DNA of 64,000 bases from Escherichia coli (GTDB lineage Bacteria > Pseudomonadota > Gammaproteobacteria > Enterobacterales > Enterobacteriaceae), in the NCBI RefSeq assembly GCF_003018235.1, contig NZ_CP027437.1. One strand, 5' to 3'. Position numbers and translations under genes: made by a program. The notes beneath the pieces are model-generated. The model was not told where the DNA came from. It saw only the letters and a list, made by a program, of their open reading frames with translations, and did not search any database. This document shows positions 1-15,651 of the stretch, piece after piece (position 1 is the stretch's first letter; every line of letters begins with the position of its first letter).

Positions 1-5730
<5,730 letters not shown>

Positions 5731-7380
5731 GTGAACTGGCGCAGAATCGTCTGGCTATTGGCGTTGGTTACTCTGCCAACGCTTGCGGAGGAGACGCCGT
5801 TACAACTGGTGCTGCGCGGTGCGCAGCACGATCAACTGTATCAGCTGTCGTCATCAGGCGTGACTAAAGCCTCGACATTACCTGACTCGCTCACCACGCC
5901 GTTAGGGAGTTTGTGGAAACTGTATGTTTACGCCTGGCTGGAGGATACCCATCAACCGGAGCAGGCCTACCAGTGTCGTGGAAACTCCCCGGAAGAGGTT
6001 TATTGTTGTCAGGCTGGGGAGAGCATAACGCGCGATACCGCGCTGGTACGTTCCTGTGGGCTCTATTTTGCGCCGCAGCGGTTGCATATTAGCGCAGATG
6101 TGTGGGGGCAATACTGGCAACAGCGTCAGGCACCTGCGTGGTTAGCGTCTCTTACTACGCTGAAGCCAGAAACCTCGGTAACGGTTAAATCACTGCTTGA
6201 TTCATTAGCGACGTTACCCGCGCAAAACAAAGCTCAGGAAGTCTTACTGGATGTGGTGCTGGACGAGGCGAAAATCGGTGTCGCATCCATGCTCGGTAGT
6301 CGGGTACGGGTGAAAACCTGGAGCTGGTTTGCCGATGATAAGCAGGAAATCCGTCAGGGTGGTTTTGCTGGCTGGTTAACCGATGGTACACCGCTGTGGG
6401 CTACTGGCAGTGGCACCAGCAAAACGGTACTAACCCGTTATGCGACGGTGCTTAATCGAGTTTTGCCAGTGCCGATGCAGGTTGCCAGTGGGCAATGTGT
6501 AGAGGTGGAACTGTTTGCCCGCTATCCGCTGAAGAAAATCGCAGCGGAAAAGAGTACGACGGCAGTAAAACCCGGCGTACTTAATGGGCGCTATCGTGTG
6601 ACGTTCGCCAATGGTAACCACATTACGTTTGTCAGCCACGGTGAGACGACCTTACTGACCGAAAAGGGCAAACTGAAATTGCAGTCGCATCTCGATCGTG
6701 AAGAGTACGTTGCCAGAGTTCTGGATCGCGAGGCGAAAAGTACGCCCCCTGAGGCAGCGAAAGCCATGACCGTGGCGATTCGCACTTTTTTACAGCAAAA
6801 CGCCAATCGGGAAGGCGATTGCCTGACCATCCCCGACAGCAGCGCCACGCAGCGTGTTTCTGCTTCGCCAGCGACCACGGGGGCGCGAACGATGACCGCC
6901 TGGACGCAGGATCTCATCTATGCGGGCGATCCGGTTCATTATCACGGCAGTCGAGCTACCGAAGGGACGCTTTCCTGGCGGCAAGCCATGGCCCAGGCGG
7001 GGCAGGGGGAGCGTTACGACCAGATACTCGCGTTTGCTTATCCCGACAACAGCCTTAGCCGCTGGGGAGCGCCACGCTCAACCTGCCAGTTATTACCCAA
7101 AGCGAAAGCCTGGCTGGCGAAAAAAATGCCGCAGTGGCGGCGTATGTTACAAGGCGAGACGGGGTACAACGAACCAGACGTGTTTGCGGTCTGTCGTTTA
7201 GTCTCAGGTTTCCCCTATACCGATCGGCAGCAGAAACGGCTGTTTATTCGTAACTTCTTTACGCTTCAGGATCGGCTGGATTTAACCCATGAGTATCTGC
7301 ACCTGGCCTTTGATGGTTATCCCACCGGGCTTGATGAGAACTATATCGAAACGCTGACTCGACAATTATTAATGGACTAA
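5731..7380 (+). CDS. yfaQ: YfaQ-like protein (DUF2300), secreted
   Basis: 549-aa ORF with a GTG start immediately after the yfaS stop and a signal peptide. Length and position match K-12 YfaQ. Confidence 0.75.
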   Translation: MNWRRIVWLLALVTLPTLAEETPLQLVLRGAQHDQLYQLSSSGVTKASTLPDSLTTPLGSLWKLYVYAWLEDTHQPEQAYQCRGNSPEEVYCCQAGESITRDTALVRSCGLYFAPQRLHISADVWGQYWQQRQAPAWLASLTTLKPETSVTVKSLLDSLATLPAQNKAQEVLLDVVLDEAKIGVASMLGSRVRVKTWSWFADDKQEIRQGGFAGWLTDGTPLWATGSGTSKTVLTRYATVLNRVLPVPMQVASGQCVEVELFARYPLKKIAAEKSTTAVKPGVLNGRYRVTFANGNHITFVSHGETTLLTEKGKLKLQSHLDREEYVARVLDREAKSTPPEAAKAMTVAIRTFLQQNANREGDCLTIPDSSATQRVSASPATTGARTMTAWTQDLIYAGDPVHYHGSRATEGTLSWRQAMAQAGQGERYDQILAFAYPDNSLSRWGAPRSTCQLLPKAKAWLAKKMPQWRRMLQGETGYNEPDVFAVCRLVSGFPYTDRQQKRLFIRNFFTLQDRLDLTHEYLHLAFDGYPTGLDENYIETLTRQLLMD

Positions 7381-7384
7381 TGCT

Positions 7385-8161
7385 ATGCGAAAGATTTTTC
7401 TTCCGTTGTTACTGGTGGCGCTTTCGCCTGTTGCCCATGGCGAAGGTGTGCAGGAAGTCGAGATTGATGCACCACTCTCTGGCTGGCATCCGGCAGAGGG
7501 CGAAGATGCCAGTTTTTCACAATCGATCAATTACCCGGCGTCGTCCGTCAACATGGCAGATGATCAAAATATCTCAGCGCAGATCCGCGGCAAAATAAAG
7601 AATTATGCTGCGGCGGGTAAAGTTCAGCAGGGCCGGCTGGTGGTCAACGGTGCCAGTATGCCGCAGAGAATTGAATCCGATGGTTCATTTGCACGCCCTT
7701 ATATTTTCACTGATGGCAGCAACAGCGTGCAGGTCATCAGCCCAGATGGGCAAAGCCGACAAAAAATGCAGTTTTACTCAACGCCGGGCGCTGGAGTGAT
7801 CCGCGCGCGTTTACGGCTGGTTCTCTCCTGGGATACGGACAATACCGACCTCGACCTTCACGTTGTTACACCTGATGGCGAACACGCCTGGTACGGTAAC
7901 ACCGTGCTGAAAAACAGTGGTGCACTGGATATGGATGTCACGACGGGGTACGGCCCCGAGATTTTCGCCATGCCAGCGCCGATTCACGGACGTTATCAGG
8001 TGTATATCAACTACTATGGCGGACGCAGCGAAACGGAATTGACGACCGCCCAACTGACGCTGATCACCGATGAAGGATCGGTCAATGAGAAACAGGAAAC
8101 ATTTATTGTACCGATGCGTAACGCTGGCGAGCTGACGCTGGTGAAAAGTTTTGACTGGTGA
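7385..8161 (+). CDS. yfaP: YfaP-like protein (DUF2135), secreted
   Basis: 258-aa ORF with a signal peptide (MRKIFLPLLLVALSPVAHG). It is the last gene of the yfa operon. Confidence 0.75.
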   Translation: MRKIFLPLLLVALSPVAHGEGVQEVEIDAPLSGWHPAEGEDASFSQSINYPASSVNMADDQNISAQIRGKIKNYAAAGKVQQGRLVVNGASMPQRIESDGSFARPYIFTDGSNSVQVISPDGQSRQKMQFYSTPGAGVIRARLRLVLSWDTDNTDLDLHVVTPDGEHAWYGNTVLKNSGALDMDVTTGYGPEIFAMPAPIHGRYQVYINYYGGRSETELTTAQLTLITDEGSVNEKQETFIVPMRNAGELTLVKSFDW

Positions 8162-8234
8162 TTAATGGGGTTACCTTCGCCGTCGATGTTCAAGAAAACG
8201 CCCGATAACTTTCGCTATCGGGTGTTTTTATTGA

Positions 8235-9419
8235 TTAATTCAATCGTTCAATCACTATCGCAATTCCCTGACCGCCACCAATGCACAGCGTTGCCAGACC
8301 CAGCGTTTTATCGTGTGCCTGCATTGCATGTAGCAGTGTGACCAGAATACGTGCACCGCTGGCACCGATAGGATGCCCCAGCGCGATAGCCCCGCCGTTG
8401 ACATTCACTTTCTCAGGATCAAAGCCCAGCGTTTTCCCTACAGCAAGGAACTGCGCGGCAAATGCTTCATTGGCTTCGATGAGATCAATGTCTGCCAGTT
8501 GCAGCCCCGCCAGTTGTAACGCTTTTTGCGTGGCAGGTACTGGCCCCATACCCATCATTGAGGGAGCCACGCCGCCGCTGGCATAACTTTTAATGCGTGC
8601 CAGTGGGGTAAGGCCTGCTGCCAGTGCCGCAGATTCTTCCATAATCACCAGTGCGGCAGCACCGTCGTTAATGCCAGACGCGTTCCCGGCGGTGACTGTT
8701 CCTGCTTTATCGAAGGCCGGGCGCAATGCGCCTAACGCTTCAGTCGTAGAATCCGCTTTCGGGAATTCGTCTTGACTGAAGACGAAGGTTTTCTTCCGAG
8801 TGACAACATTTACCGGGACGATTTCGGCTGTAAAAGCACCGGACTCAATTGCGGCTGCCGCTTTACGCTGTGAATGTAGCGCCAGTTCATCCTGCATTTC
8901 TCGGGTAATTCCGTACTCTTTGGCCACGTTCTCGGCGGTAATCCCCATATGATAACCATGGGTGGCGCACATCAGACCATCGCGCAGGATTACGTCATAA
9001 ACCTGTCCGTCTCCAAGACGATAACCAGAGCGTGCTTTTGCATCGAGTAAGTAGGGCGCTAAACTCATATTTTCCATACCCCCCGCCACAATGCTTTGCG
9101 CCTGACCTGCCTGAATTGCCTGGGCGGCAAGCGCCACACTTTTAAGACCCGAACCACACACTTTATTGACCGTGAATCCGCACACCGTTTCTGCCAGTCC
9201 GCTTTTTAACAGTGCCTGACGTGCCGGATTTTGCCCCAACCCGGCTTGCAACACGTTACCCATAATCACTTCATCAATGTGTAGTGAATCGATTTTTGCA
9301 CGTTCAATGGCGGCTTTAATTACTGTCGCCCCCAGGTCGATGGCGCTGGTGGAAGCGAGTGAACCGTTAAAACTACCGATAGCAGTACGTACCGCACTGA
9401 CGATGACACAATTTTTCAT
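8235..9419 (-). CDS. atoB: Acetyl-CoA acetyltransferase (thiolase II)
   Basis: 394 aa with thiolase motifs ([11 protein letters not shown]-terminal [12 protein letters not shown]). It ends the atoDAEB operon. Confidence 0.95.
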   Translation of the reverse strand: MKNCVIVSAVRTAIGSFNGSLASTSAIDLGATVIKAAIERAKIDSLHIDEVIMGNVLQAGLGQNPARQALLKSGLAETVCGFTVNKVCGSGLKSVALAAQAIQAGQAQSIVAGGMENMSLAPYLLDAKARSGYRLGDGQVYDVILRDGLMCATHGYHMGITAENVAKEYGITREMQDELALHSQRKAAAAIESGAFTAEIVPVNVVTRKKTFVFSQDEFPKADSTTEALGALRPAFDKAGTVTAGNASGINDGAAALVIMEESAALAAGLTPLARIKSYASGGVAPSMMGMGPVPATQKALQLAGLQLADIDLIEANEAFAAQFLAVGKTLGFDPEKVNVNGGAIALGHPIGASGARILVTLLHAMQAHDKTLGLATLCIGGGQGIAIVIERLN

Positions 9420-9449
9420 TTTTTATTCCTTCTGTCTGTAGGGTTGCCG

Positions 9450-10772
9450 TCAGAACAGCGTTAAACCAATGACGAAAATGACGCCGGAGAAGAGCAGGGC
9501 AGTGATGCAATAGCCCATGATGTCGCGGACACCGAGTCCGGCGATTGCCAGTGCTGGCAGCGCCCAGAATGGTTGTGCCATGTTCATCCATTGCTCGCCG
9601 TAGGCGATCGCCATTACCGATTTACCGAGATCAGCGCCCAGCGCCTGGGCTGCGGGTATCACGAAAGGTCCCTGAATAACCCAGTGACCGCCGCCAGACG
9701 GAACGGCGAAGTTAATCAGTGCAGAACTAAAAAAGGTCATTACCGGGAAGGTGTCTTTGTTCGCAACATTGATGAAGAATTCGGTAATGAGTCCGCCCAG
9801 ACCGGAATGCTCCATCATCAGTTGGATCCCAGCGTAGAAGGGGAATTGCACCAGAATACCGGCAGTACTGCGTGCTGCCGCGCTGATAGCACGCATATAA
9901 GCCATTGGCGTTTTATGTAGCAGCAGACCCGCAATCATAAACATCAGGTTGACGGTATTGATGGTGATGTTGAAGCCATGTTCGCTGAAGTACATCGCAA
10001 GGTAAGCGATACCGAGTGCGCCGATGATCAACGTCAGAATGCGGCTTTCTTCCAGTCGCTCGGATGGTGGGGCATCTTTCGGTAGCTGCTTTTGAAAATC
10101 AGCCTCTTCCATGAGTAGTTTCGGATCGATACTCACCACGTCAGACGGTTTTGGCATCATCATGCGGGTGATAAATGGCATCACCACAATCAACGCCACA
10201 GTGATGAAAATGTTAAAACCACTGAACAGAGTATCGCCCACCGGGATCAGCCCGGCGATATGCTCAACCGGGTTGCCCGGTGTTGCAGCCAACAGAGGCA
10301 TTGAGCCAGAGAAACCGCCACCCCAGGTGAGAAAACCAATGTAGGCGCAGGCAATGAGCAACGGATAATCAGAACCGGGTACTCGGCGGGCGACTTCACG
10401 GGCAAACATTGCGCCGACAACCAAACCAAATCCCCAGTTGATGACACAAGCGACTGAACCGAAGAAAGTGACCAGCATGACGCCCTGTACGGGCGTCTTT
10501 GCGGCGGAGGCGGCAGTACGCAACAAACTTTTTACCGGAGCGGAGCTGGCAAGGGCATGACCGGTAACGATGATAAGCGCCATCTGCATACCAAACGCCA
10601 GTAAGTTCCAGAAACCGTCACCCCACATTTTCACCATGCTGATCGGCGTTTGTGGTGTTAACCAAAGCGCGATCACGAAAGTTAGCAATGTCAGCAACAT
10701 GGCAAAGATCAGTGGATCGGGAAGCCACCGGCTGACAAAACGCGTCATAAAACGCGATATGCGACCAATCAT
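9450..10772 (-). CDS. atoE: Short-chain fatty acid transporter
   Basis: 440-aa polytopic membrane protein located between atoA and atoB. Confidence 0.9.
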   Translation of the reverse strand: MIGRISRFMTRFVSRWLPDPLIFAMLLTLLTFVIALWLTPQTPISMVKMWGDGFWNLLAFGMQMALIIVTGHALASSAPVKSLLRTAASAAKTPVQGVMLVTFFGSVACVINWGFGLVVGAMFAREVARRVPGSDYPLLIACAYIGFLTWGGGFSGSMPLLAATPGNPVEHIAGLIPVGDTLFSGFNIFITVALIVVMPFITRMMMPKPSDVVSIDPKLLMEEADFQKQLPKDAPPSERLEESRILTLIIGALGIAYLAMYFSEHGFNITINTVNLMFMIAGLLLHKTPMAYMRAISAAARSTAGILVQFPFYAGIQLMMEHSGLGGLITEFFINVANKDTFPVMTFFSSALINFAVPSGGGHWVIQGPFVIPAAQALGADLGKSVMAIAYGEQWMNMAQPFWALPALAIAGLGVRDIMGYCITALLFSGVIFVIGLTLF

Positions 10773-11419
10773 AAATCACCCCGTTGCGTATTCAGATCGG
10801 CGGCGACTTCAAACCGAGCTTCTGTTTTGGCACGCACGGTGGCTAAATCACACCCGTCGGCAATTTCGGTGAGCCACATTTTGCCGTCAATAAAACGAAA
10901 GACAGCCAGTTCAGTAACCAGCATATGCACCGCATGTTGCGCAGTGAGTGGCATGGTGCAGCGGCGCAAAATTTTTGCTGAACCATCTTTGGCGCAATGT
11001 TCCATGGCGATGATCACTTTGCGCGACCCGGTCACCAGATCCATCGCGCCACCCATACCGGGCACCATTTTCCCAGGCACTACCCAGTTCGCGAGGTTTG
11101 CTTCTTCGTCTACTTGCAAACCGCCGAGCACGCAGGCATCAATATGACCGCCGCGGATTAGCGCAAATGACATGGCGCTATCAAACATGGCTGCACCGGG
11201 TAAAACACCGCACGGTTGTCCGCCAGCGTTCACCAGATCTGGATGCGCTGTCGTGACCGGGCCTAAACCGAGGAAGCCGTTTTCCGATTGCAGAGTGATA
11301 TGAATACCCTCCGGTAAATAATTGGCGACCATTGTGGGTAAACCGATCCCTAAGTTAACGATGTCACCATCACGAAGCTCTTGCGCCACACGGCGCGCAA
11401 TACGTTGTTTCGCATCCAT
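10769..11419 (-). CDS. atoA: Acetate/acetoacetate CoA-transferase beta subunit
   Basis: 216 aa. Start and stop overlap atoD and atoE. CoA-transferase family sequence. Confidence 0.95.
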   Translation of the reverse strand: MDAKQRIARRVAQELRDGDIVNLGIGLPTMVANYLPEGIHITLQSENGFLGLGPVTTAHPDLVNAGGQPCGVLPGAAMFDSAMSFALIRGGHIDACVLGGLQVDEEANLANWVVPGKMVPGMGGAMDLVTGSRKVIIAMEHCAKDGSAKILRRCTMPLTAQHAVHMLVTELAVFRFIDGKMWLTEIADGCDLATVRAKTEARFEVAADLNTQRGDL

Positions 11420-12081
11420 TATTTGCTCTCCTGTGAAACGATGATGTGGTCGATAACGGCACCAGGGGTGACAATATGGTCAGGTTGCAGCTCGCCGGTT
11501 TCGACCAGTTCATCCGGCTCTACCAGCGTGATATCAGCCGCAAGGGCTATCAGGGGGTTAAAGTTGCGGGCGCTAAGGTGATAGGTCAGGTTGCCAAGTG
11601 TGTCGCAACGATGAGCGCGAATTAGCGCCAGGTCGGCGCGCAGCGGGCGTTCAAGCAGCCAGGTTTTACCGTCGAGTGTCAGTGTCTGTTTGCCTTCCTC
11701 TACGACGGTGCCGACACCCGTTGGGGTGAGAAAACCACCAAGTCCAGCTCCACCACAGCGAATTTGCTCGATTAGCGTACCTTGCGGCACCAGAACGACG
11801 TCCATCTCACCAGATATCATGCGCCGACCTGTTTCCGGGTTGGTGCCGATATGTGAAGCAATCACTTTGCGGACTCGACCATTGACGATGAGCGGACCGA
11901 TGCCAGTATCAACAAACGCGGTATCATTGGCTATCAATGTCAGGTCGCGAACACCAGATTCCAGTAATGCTTCAACCAGGCGGGATGGAGTGCCAATCCC
12001 CATAAATCCGCCCACCATGATGGTCATGCCGTCACGAAAGAAGCCGGTGGCATCTTGTAATGTCATCAATTTTGTTTTCAT
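11419..12081 (-). CDS. atoD: Acetate/acetoacetate CoA-transferase alpha subunit
   Basis: 220 aa. First gene of atoDAEB, downstream of a sigma54-type promoter. Confidence 0.95.
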   Translation of the reverse strand: MKTKLMTLQDATGFFRDGMTIMVGGFMGIGTPSRLVEALLESGVRDLTLIANDTAFVDTGIGPLIVNGRVRKVIASHIGTNPETGRRMISGEMDVVLVPQGTLIEQIRCGGAGLGGFLTPTGVGTVVEEGKQTLTLDGKTWLLERPLRADLALIRAHRCDTLGNLTYHLSARNFNPLIALAADITLVEPDELVETGELQPDHIVTPGAVIDHIIVSQESK

Positions 12082-12126
12082 TTTTTATCCCTCTTGCATA
12101 CACCGTTGTGGGTACAGTCAGGGAAT

Positions 12127-12142
12127 AGCAAGGGGAGTGCCA
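12127..12142 (-). promoter_or_regulatory. Sigma54 (-24/-12) promoter of atoDAEB
   Basis: The minus strand reads TGGCAC-TCCCC-TTGCT, which fits the TGGCAC-N5-TTGC(A/T) consensus. It lies about 45 nt upstream of the atoD ATG, and AtoC is a sigma54 enhancer-binding protein. Confidence 0.6.
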
Positions 12143-12224
12143 GAATGAGATTATTGGATTTTGTTATTTAACTAATTGAATATGAAGGGATAAATTGGAT
12201 GGGGATTTATAAGGAGAATGAGCG

Positions 12225-12265
12225 GCTATGCAGAAAATTGCGCACTGTGCAAATTTCTGCATAGC
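12225..12265. promoter_or_regulatory. AtoC enhancer site (two 20-bp half sites in inverted repeat)
   Basis: Near-perfect 41-bp palindrome GCTATGCAGAAAATTGCGCA/CTGTGCAAATTTCTGCATAGC between atoC and atoD, about 90 bp upstream of the sigma54 promoter. Confidence 0.6.
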
Positions 12266-12276
12266 AAGTTTTGGCG

Positions 12277-13662
12277 TTATACATCCGCCGGATCGATACC
12301 GTATTCCTGGAGTTTATACATCAATGCACGGCGACTGATGCCCAGCATTAAAGCAGTGCGGGTTCGGTTTCCTTCTTGTTGTTCCAGCACTTCCATAATG
12401 ATGCGTTTTTCGACGCGTTTAATTTCCTCTTTTAAATTACGCTCTCCGACAGGGGATGTTTTTACCTCGCCAGCATTACAGACTGGCTGACGAATCTGCG
12501 GCGGAAGATCCTCAGAAAAAATGATCGGGCCTGAGTTCATCACGACGGCGCGTTCAATAACGTTGGAAAGCTCTCGAATATTTCCCGGCCATGACCAGGC
12601 GGTAAGCAGTGACATTGCCATCGGATCGATGTCGATAATATCGCGCTGATTCTCACTACTGAATTTTTGCAAAAAGTGATTAGCTAACAGGGAAATATCT
12701 TCCCGGCGATCGCGCAGAGGCGGCAGTATTAAATGAATAACGTTAAGGCGATAAAAGAGATCTTCACGGAAGGTGCCTTCTTTTACCATTGCCTGCAAGT
12801 CACGGTTGGTGGCAGCAATGATGCGGATATCAACTTTTATGGTCTGATGGCCGCCAATCCGTTCAAATTCCCGTTCCTGCAGAATGCGTAGTAATTTGGC
12901 TTGCAGTACGAGCGGCATTTCGCCAATTTCGTCGAGGAGAAGAGTACCTTCGTTGGCACGTTCAAATAATCCCTGACGCAAGGTTTGTGCACCAGTAAAT
13001 GCACCTTTTTCATGACCAAACAGTTCACTTTCGAGCAACGATTCCGGCAGCGCCGCGCAGTTGACTTTAATGAACGGCCCCTTTGCCCGCCGCGAATTGT
13101 AGTGAATCGCTCTGGCAATCAACTCTTTCCCGGTGCCGCTTTCACCGCTAATCAAGACGCTGGCCTGAGAAAGGGCAATTTTGGCGGTGTCTTTGCAGAT
13201 ATCCATCATCGCCGGGCTGTTGGTGAGAATGTGCCCCCATTGCCAGCTGGTGCTCAGTGCCTGGTGCAGATGACGGATCTCTTTTTTCATTGACTGGAGT
13301 TGTAAAGCGCGCTGAACGATTAAATTCAACTCATCGAGATCAAACGGTTTAATAACATAGTCGAAGGCCCCGCAGCGTAGCGCTTCGACGGCGGTTTCCA
13401 CTTCAGCATAGGCCGTCATCAGAATAACGGGGGTCCGTGTCTCATGGCTGCGCATCTCCTTGAGTGCCTTGATGCCGTCCATCTCTGGCATGCGGATATC
13501 CATCAACACCACGTCAGGGTGAATATCGACAAACAGGTGTAATGCTGTGCGTCCGTTGTTCGCACAATGTGTTTCGAATCCTTGTAGTGCAAAAGCGGTG
13601 CTCAGCATACGGCGAACATTATCTTCATCATCCACAATAAGGATGCGATTAATAGCAGTCAT
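12277..13662 (-). CDS. atoC: Sigma54-dependent response regulator AtoC
   Basis: 461 aa with a receiver domain (ILIVDDE...D), an AAA+ sigma54-interaction domain (GESGTGKE, GAFTGA) and a C-terminal Fis-type HTH. Confidence 0.95.
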   Translation of the reverse strand: MTAINRILIVDDEDNVRRMLSTAFALQGFETHCANNGRTALHLFVDIHPDVVLMDIRMPEMDGIKALKEMRSHETRTPVILMTAYAEVETAVEALRCGAFDYVIKPFDLDELNLIVQRALQLQSMKKEIRHLHQALSTSWQWGHILTNSPAMMDICKDTAKIALSQASVLISGESGTGKELIARAIHYNSRRAKGPFIKVNCAALPESLLESELFGHEKGAFTGAQTLRQGLFERANEGTLLLDEIGEMPLVLQAKLLRILQEREFERIGGHQTIKVDIRIIAATNRDLQAMVKEGTFREDLFYRLNVIHLILPPLRDRREDISLLANHFLQKFSSENQRDIIDIDPMAMSLLTAWSWPGNIRELSNVIERAVVMNSGPIIFSEDLPPQIRQPVCNAGEVKTSPVGERNLKEEIKRVEKRIIMEVLEQQEGNRTRTALMLGISRRALMYKLQEYGIDPADV

Positions 13663-15485
13663 ACAGTCTGATTTCCCTGCGGGTTGATCGGTAAAATAAG
13701 CGTGAAGGTTGCGCCGTAGCCCGGCAAACTGGCGACGCGAATATCACCCTGATGGGCATTAATGATGCGTTGACTTAACGCCAGACCAAGCCCGGTTCCA
13801 GAGGCTTTGGTGGTGAAAAAGGGATCGAAGATCTTTTTTTGCAGCGAGAGATCAATGCCACAGCCGTTGTCCTCTATCGAAATGGCCTGTTGTGAGTCGC
13901 TGTATTGCCAGGTTTGAATGCGAATTTTCCCTCGTGCGCTGATAGCCTGGACGGCATTGATCAGGATATTCAGTAGTACCTGTTTGAGCAGTTCACGATC
14001 GGCGTTAATCGGGCTTAATTCATTATCCAGTTCGCTTATGAAGTCGATCCGCGCTTGTACGCCAGCGGTTTGTACCAGTACCAGAGTTTCTTCAACCAAT
14101 GCATTGAGGCTGACTTGTTGCCATTGACTGTGGCGTGGACGTGAAAATTCGAGCAATTGCTGAATAACTTTGTTAATTGAATCGATTTCTTTGAGTACTA
14201 CGGACAGATATTCCTGATGTATTGGGTCGCTGGTTTGTTGGCGCAAGATCTGTACATAACCACGAATAGCCGTTAGCGGATTACGCACTTCATGCGCGAC
14301 GCCAGCCATCAGCTCACCCAGTGTGGCGAGGCGTTCTGCTTGCGCCATGCGGCGCTGGGTTTCTTTGCGGGCAGTTAAATCAGAGAAAATCACCAAAGCA
14401 CCTATCATTTCACCATGCGTGTTATGAATACGACTGGTAGTGACACTGAGTTCAATGGTGCGGTCACGGCCTGGAAAACTGATCTCCAGCGCTACATGTT
14501 CGGTGCCATGTTCCAGCGTATCCAGTACTGGACTGTAGAACTGAGTATTGTCGAACAACATGGAGTAAGGCTGCCCTACCAGTTCATGACGTTGATAGCC
14601 AGTGATGACTTCTGCTGCCGGGTTCATGGTGGTTACATCACCCTGGCGGTCAATGGCAATGACGCCATCGGCAGCGTTTTCAATAATCAGATCGTTAAGT
14701 GTCCGCGTTTCACGCAGTGCCTGGGCGAGGTTGTTAACACTCTGACTGATTTGCCCCATTTCACCGGGCAATTGTGGTAATCGAGTGGGAATATTTTGCG
14801 CCAGAGTCGAGAGGCCATCGGTGATGATATCAATATTGGCGCTCAGGCGACGGGAGAAAAGGACAATCAACAGCAGGCTTATCAGCAAACCGGCGGTGAG
14901 CACAATGATAATCCTCACATCCATTTTCCAGGCCTGGCGGCGAATATCTTCGGTTAATTCATTGGCCCAGATATAGCCGAGGATTTCACCATTACGCTCA
15001 ATGGGGATCATTGAATTCAAAATATCGCCGCGCACCTGCCTGCCTGAATAAACCAAAGGGGTATTTGTACGCATGACTTCGCGACCAGGGTGATCTGCGG
15101 CAATGGTAACGCCGACATTATTCTGATATAGCGCTGAAGGCGCGTAGGTGATTATCGCATCCAGCGTTTTGTTGTAATAACCAGCGCCGATGCCAGGGAA
15201 GGCGTGAGTGATATTTTCGGTAATGGGGGCAAGTTCTGCATTTAATGCGCGGATACGCTCCTCACGTGGTAAGTCGATGTAGAGATCATAGCGATCGCCT
15301 AGTGCCTGATTAAGCAGGTTGACCACGGCAGAAAGTTTTTTCTCTTTTTCAGATAAGACTGCTGAACGTCCTTCTGTTTCTACGATATAACCAATAGTAA
15401 GCGTTGGGACAATGACCATCAGGATTGCCATCAGAATCATTTGATTGCGTAAGCGGCGTGGATAAATCCACTTCATATAATGCAT
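13659..15485 (-). CDS. atoS: Sensor histidine kinase AtoS
   Basis: Two TM segments, HAMP, PAS, an H-box (AGVAHEVRNPL) and an ATPase domain. The stop overlaps the atoC start. The ORF extends to 15497, but I recall K-12 AtoS as 608 aa starting MHYMKW, which places the start at 15485. Confidence 0.9.
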   Translation of the reverse strand: MHYMKWIYPRRLRNQMILMAILMVIVPTLTIGYIVETEGRSAVLSEKEKKLSAVVNLLNQALGDRYDLYIDLPREERIRALNAELAPITENITHAFPGIGAGYYNKTLDAIITYAPSALYQNNVGVTIAADHPGREVMRTNTPLVYSGRQVRGDILNSMIPIERNGEILGYIWANELTEDIRRQAWKMDVRIIIVLTAGLLISLLLIVLFSRRLSANIDIITDGLSTLAQNIPTRLPQLPGEMGQISQSVNNLAQALRETRTLNDLIIENAADGVIAIDRQGDVTTMNPAAEVITGYQRHELVGQPYSMLFDNTQFYSPVLDTLEHGTEHVALEISFPGRDRTIELSVTTSRIHNTHGEMIGALVIFSDLTARKETQRRMAQAERLATLGELMAGVAHEVRNPLTAIRGYVQILRQQTSDPIHQEYLSVVLKEIDSINKVIQQLLEFSRPRHSQWQQVSLNALVEETLVLVQTAGVQARIDFISELDNELSPINADRELLKQVLLNILINAVQAISARGKIRIQTWQYSDSQQAISIEDNGCGIDLSLQKKIFDPFFTTKASGTGLGLALSQRIINAHQGDIRVASLPGYGATFTLILPINPQGNQTV

Positions 15486-15651
15486 GCTGAAATCCACTAG
15501 TCTTGTCCGGTATATGACGATTATCAGAGGTTAAGGTGATGATTTCTCGGCGGTGTATCATATTCCAGAGAAGAGAGAACATTGCGGTAACACGCTTTTA
15601 CCGCTACCTTAACCACACTCCATCGGTCACCTGAGGCGGAGCTTCGCCCCT

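Noticed and set aside
12218-12490. 90-aa plus-strand ORF spanning the atoC-atoD intergenic region and the atoC 3' end
   Set aside because: It overlaps the AtoC enhancer palindrome and the end of atoC in antisense, and its sequence is implausible.
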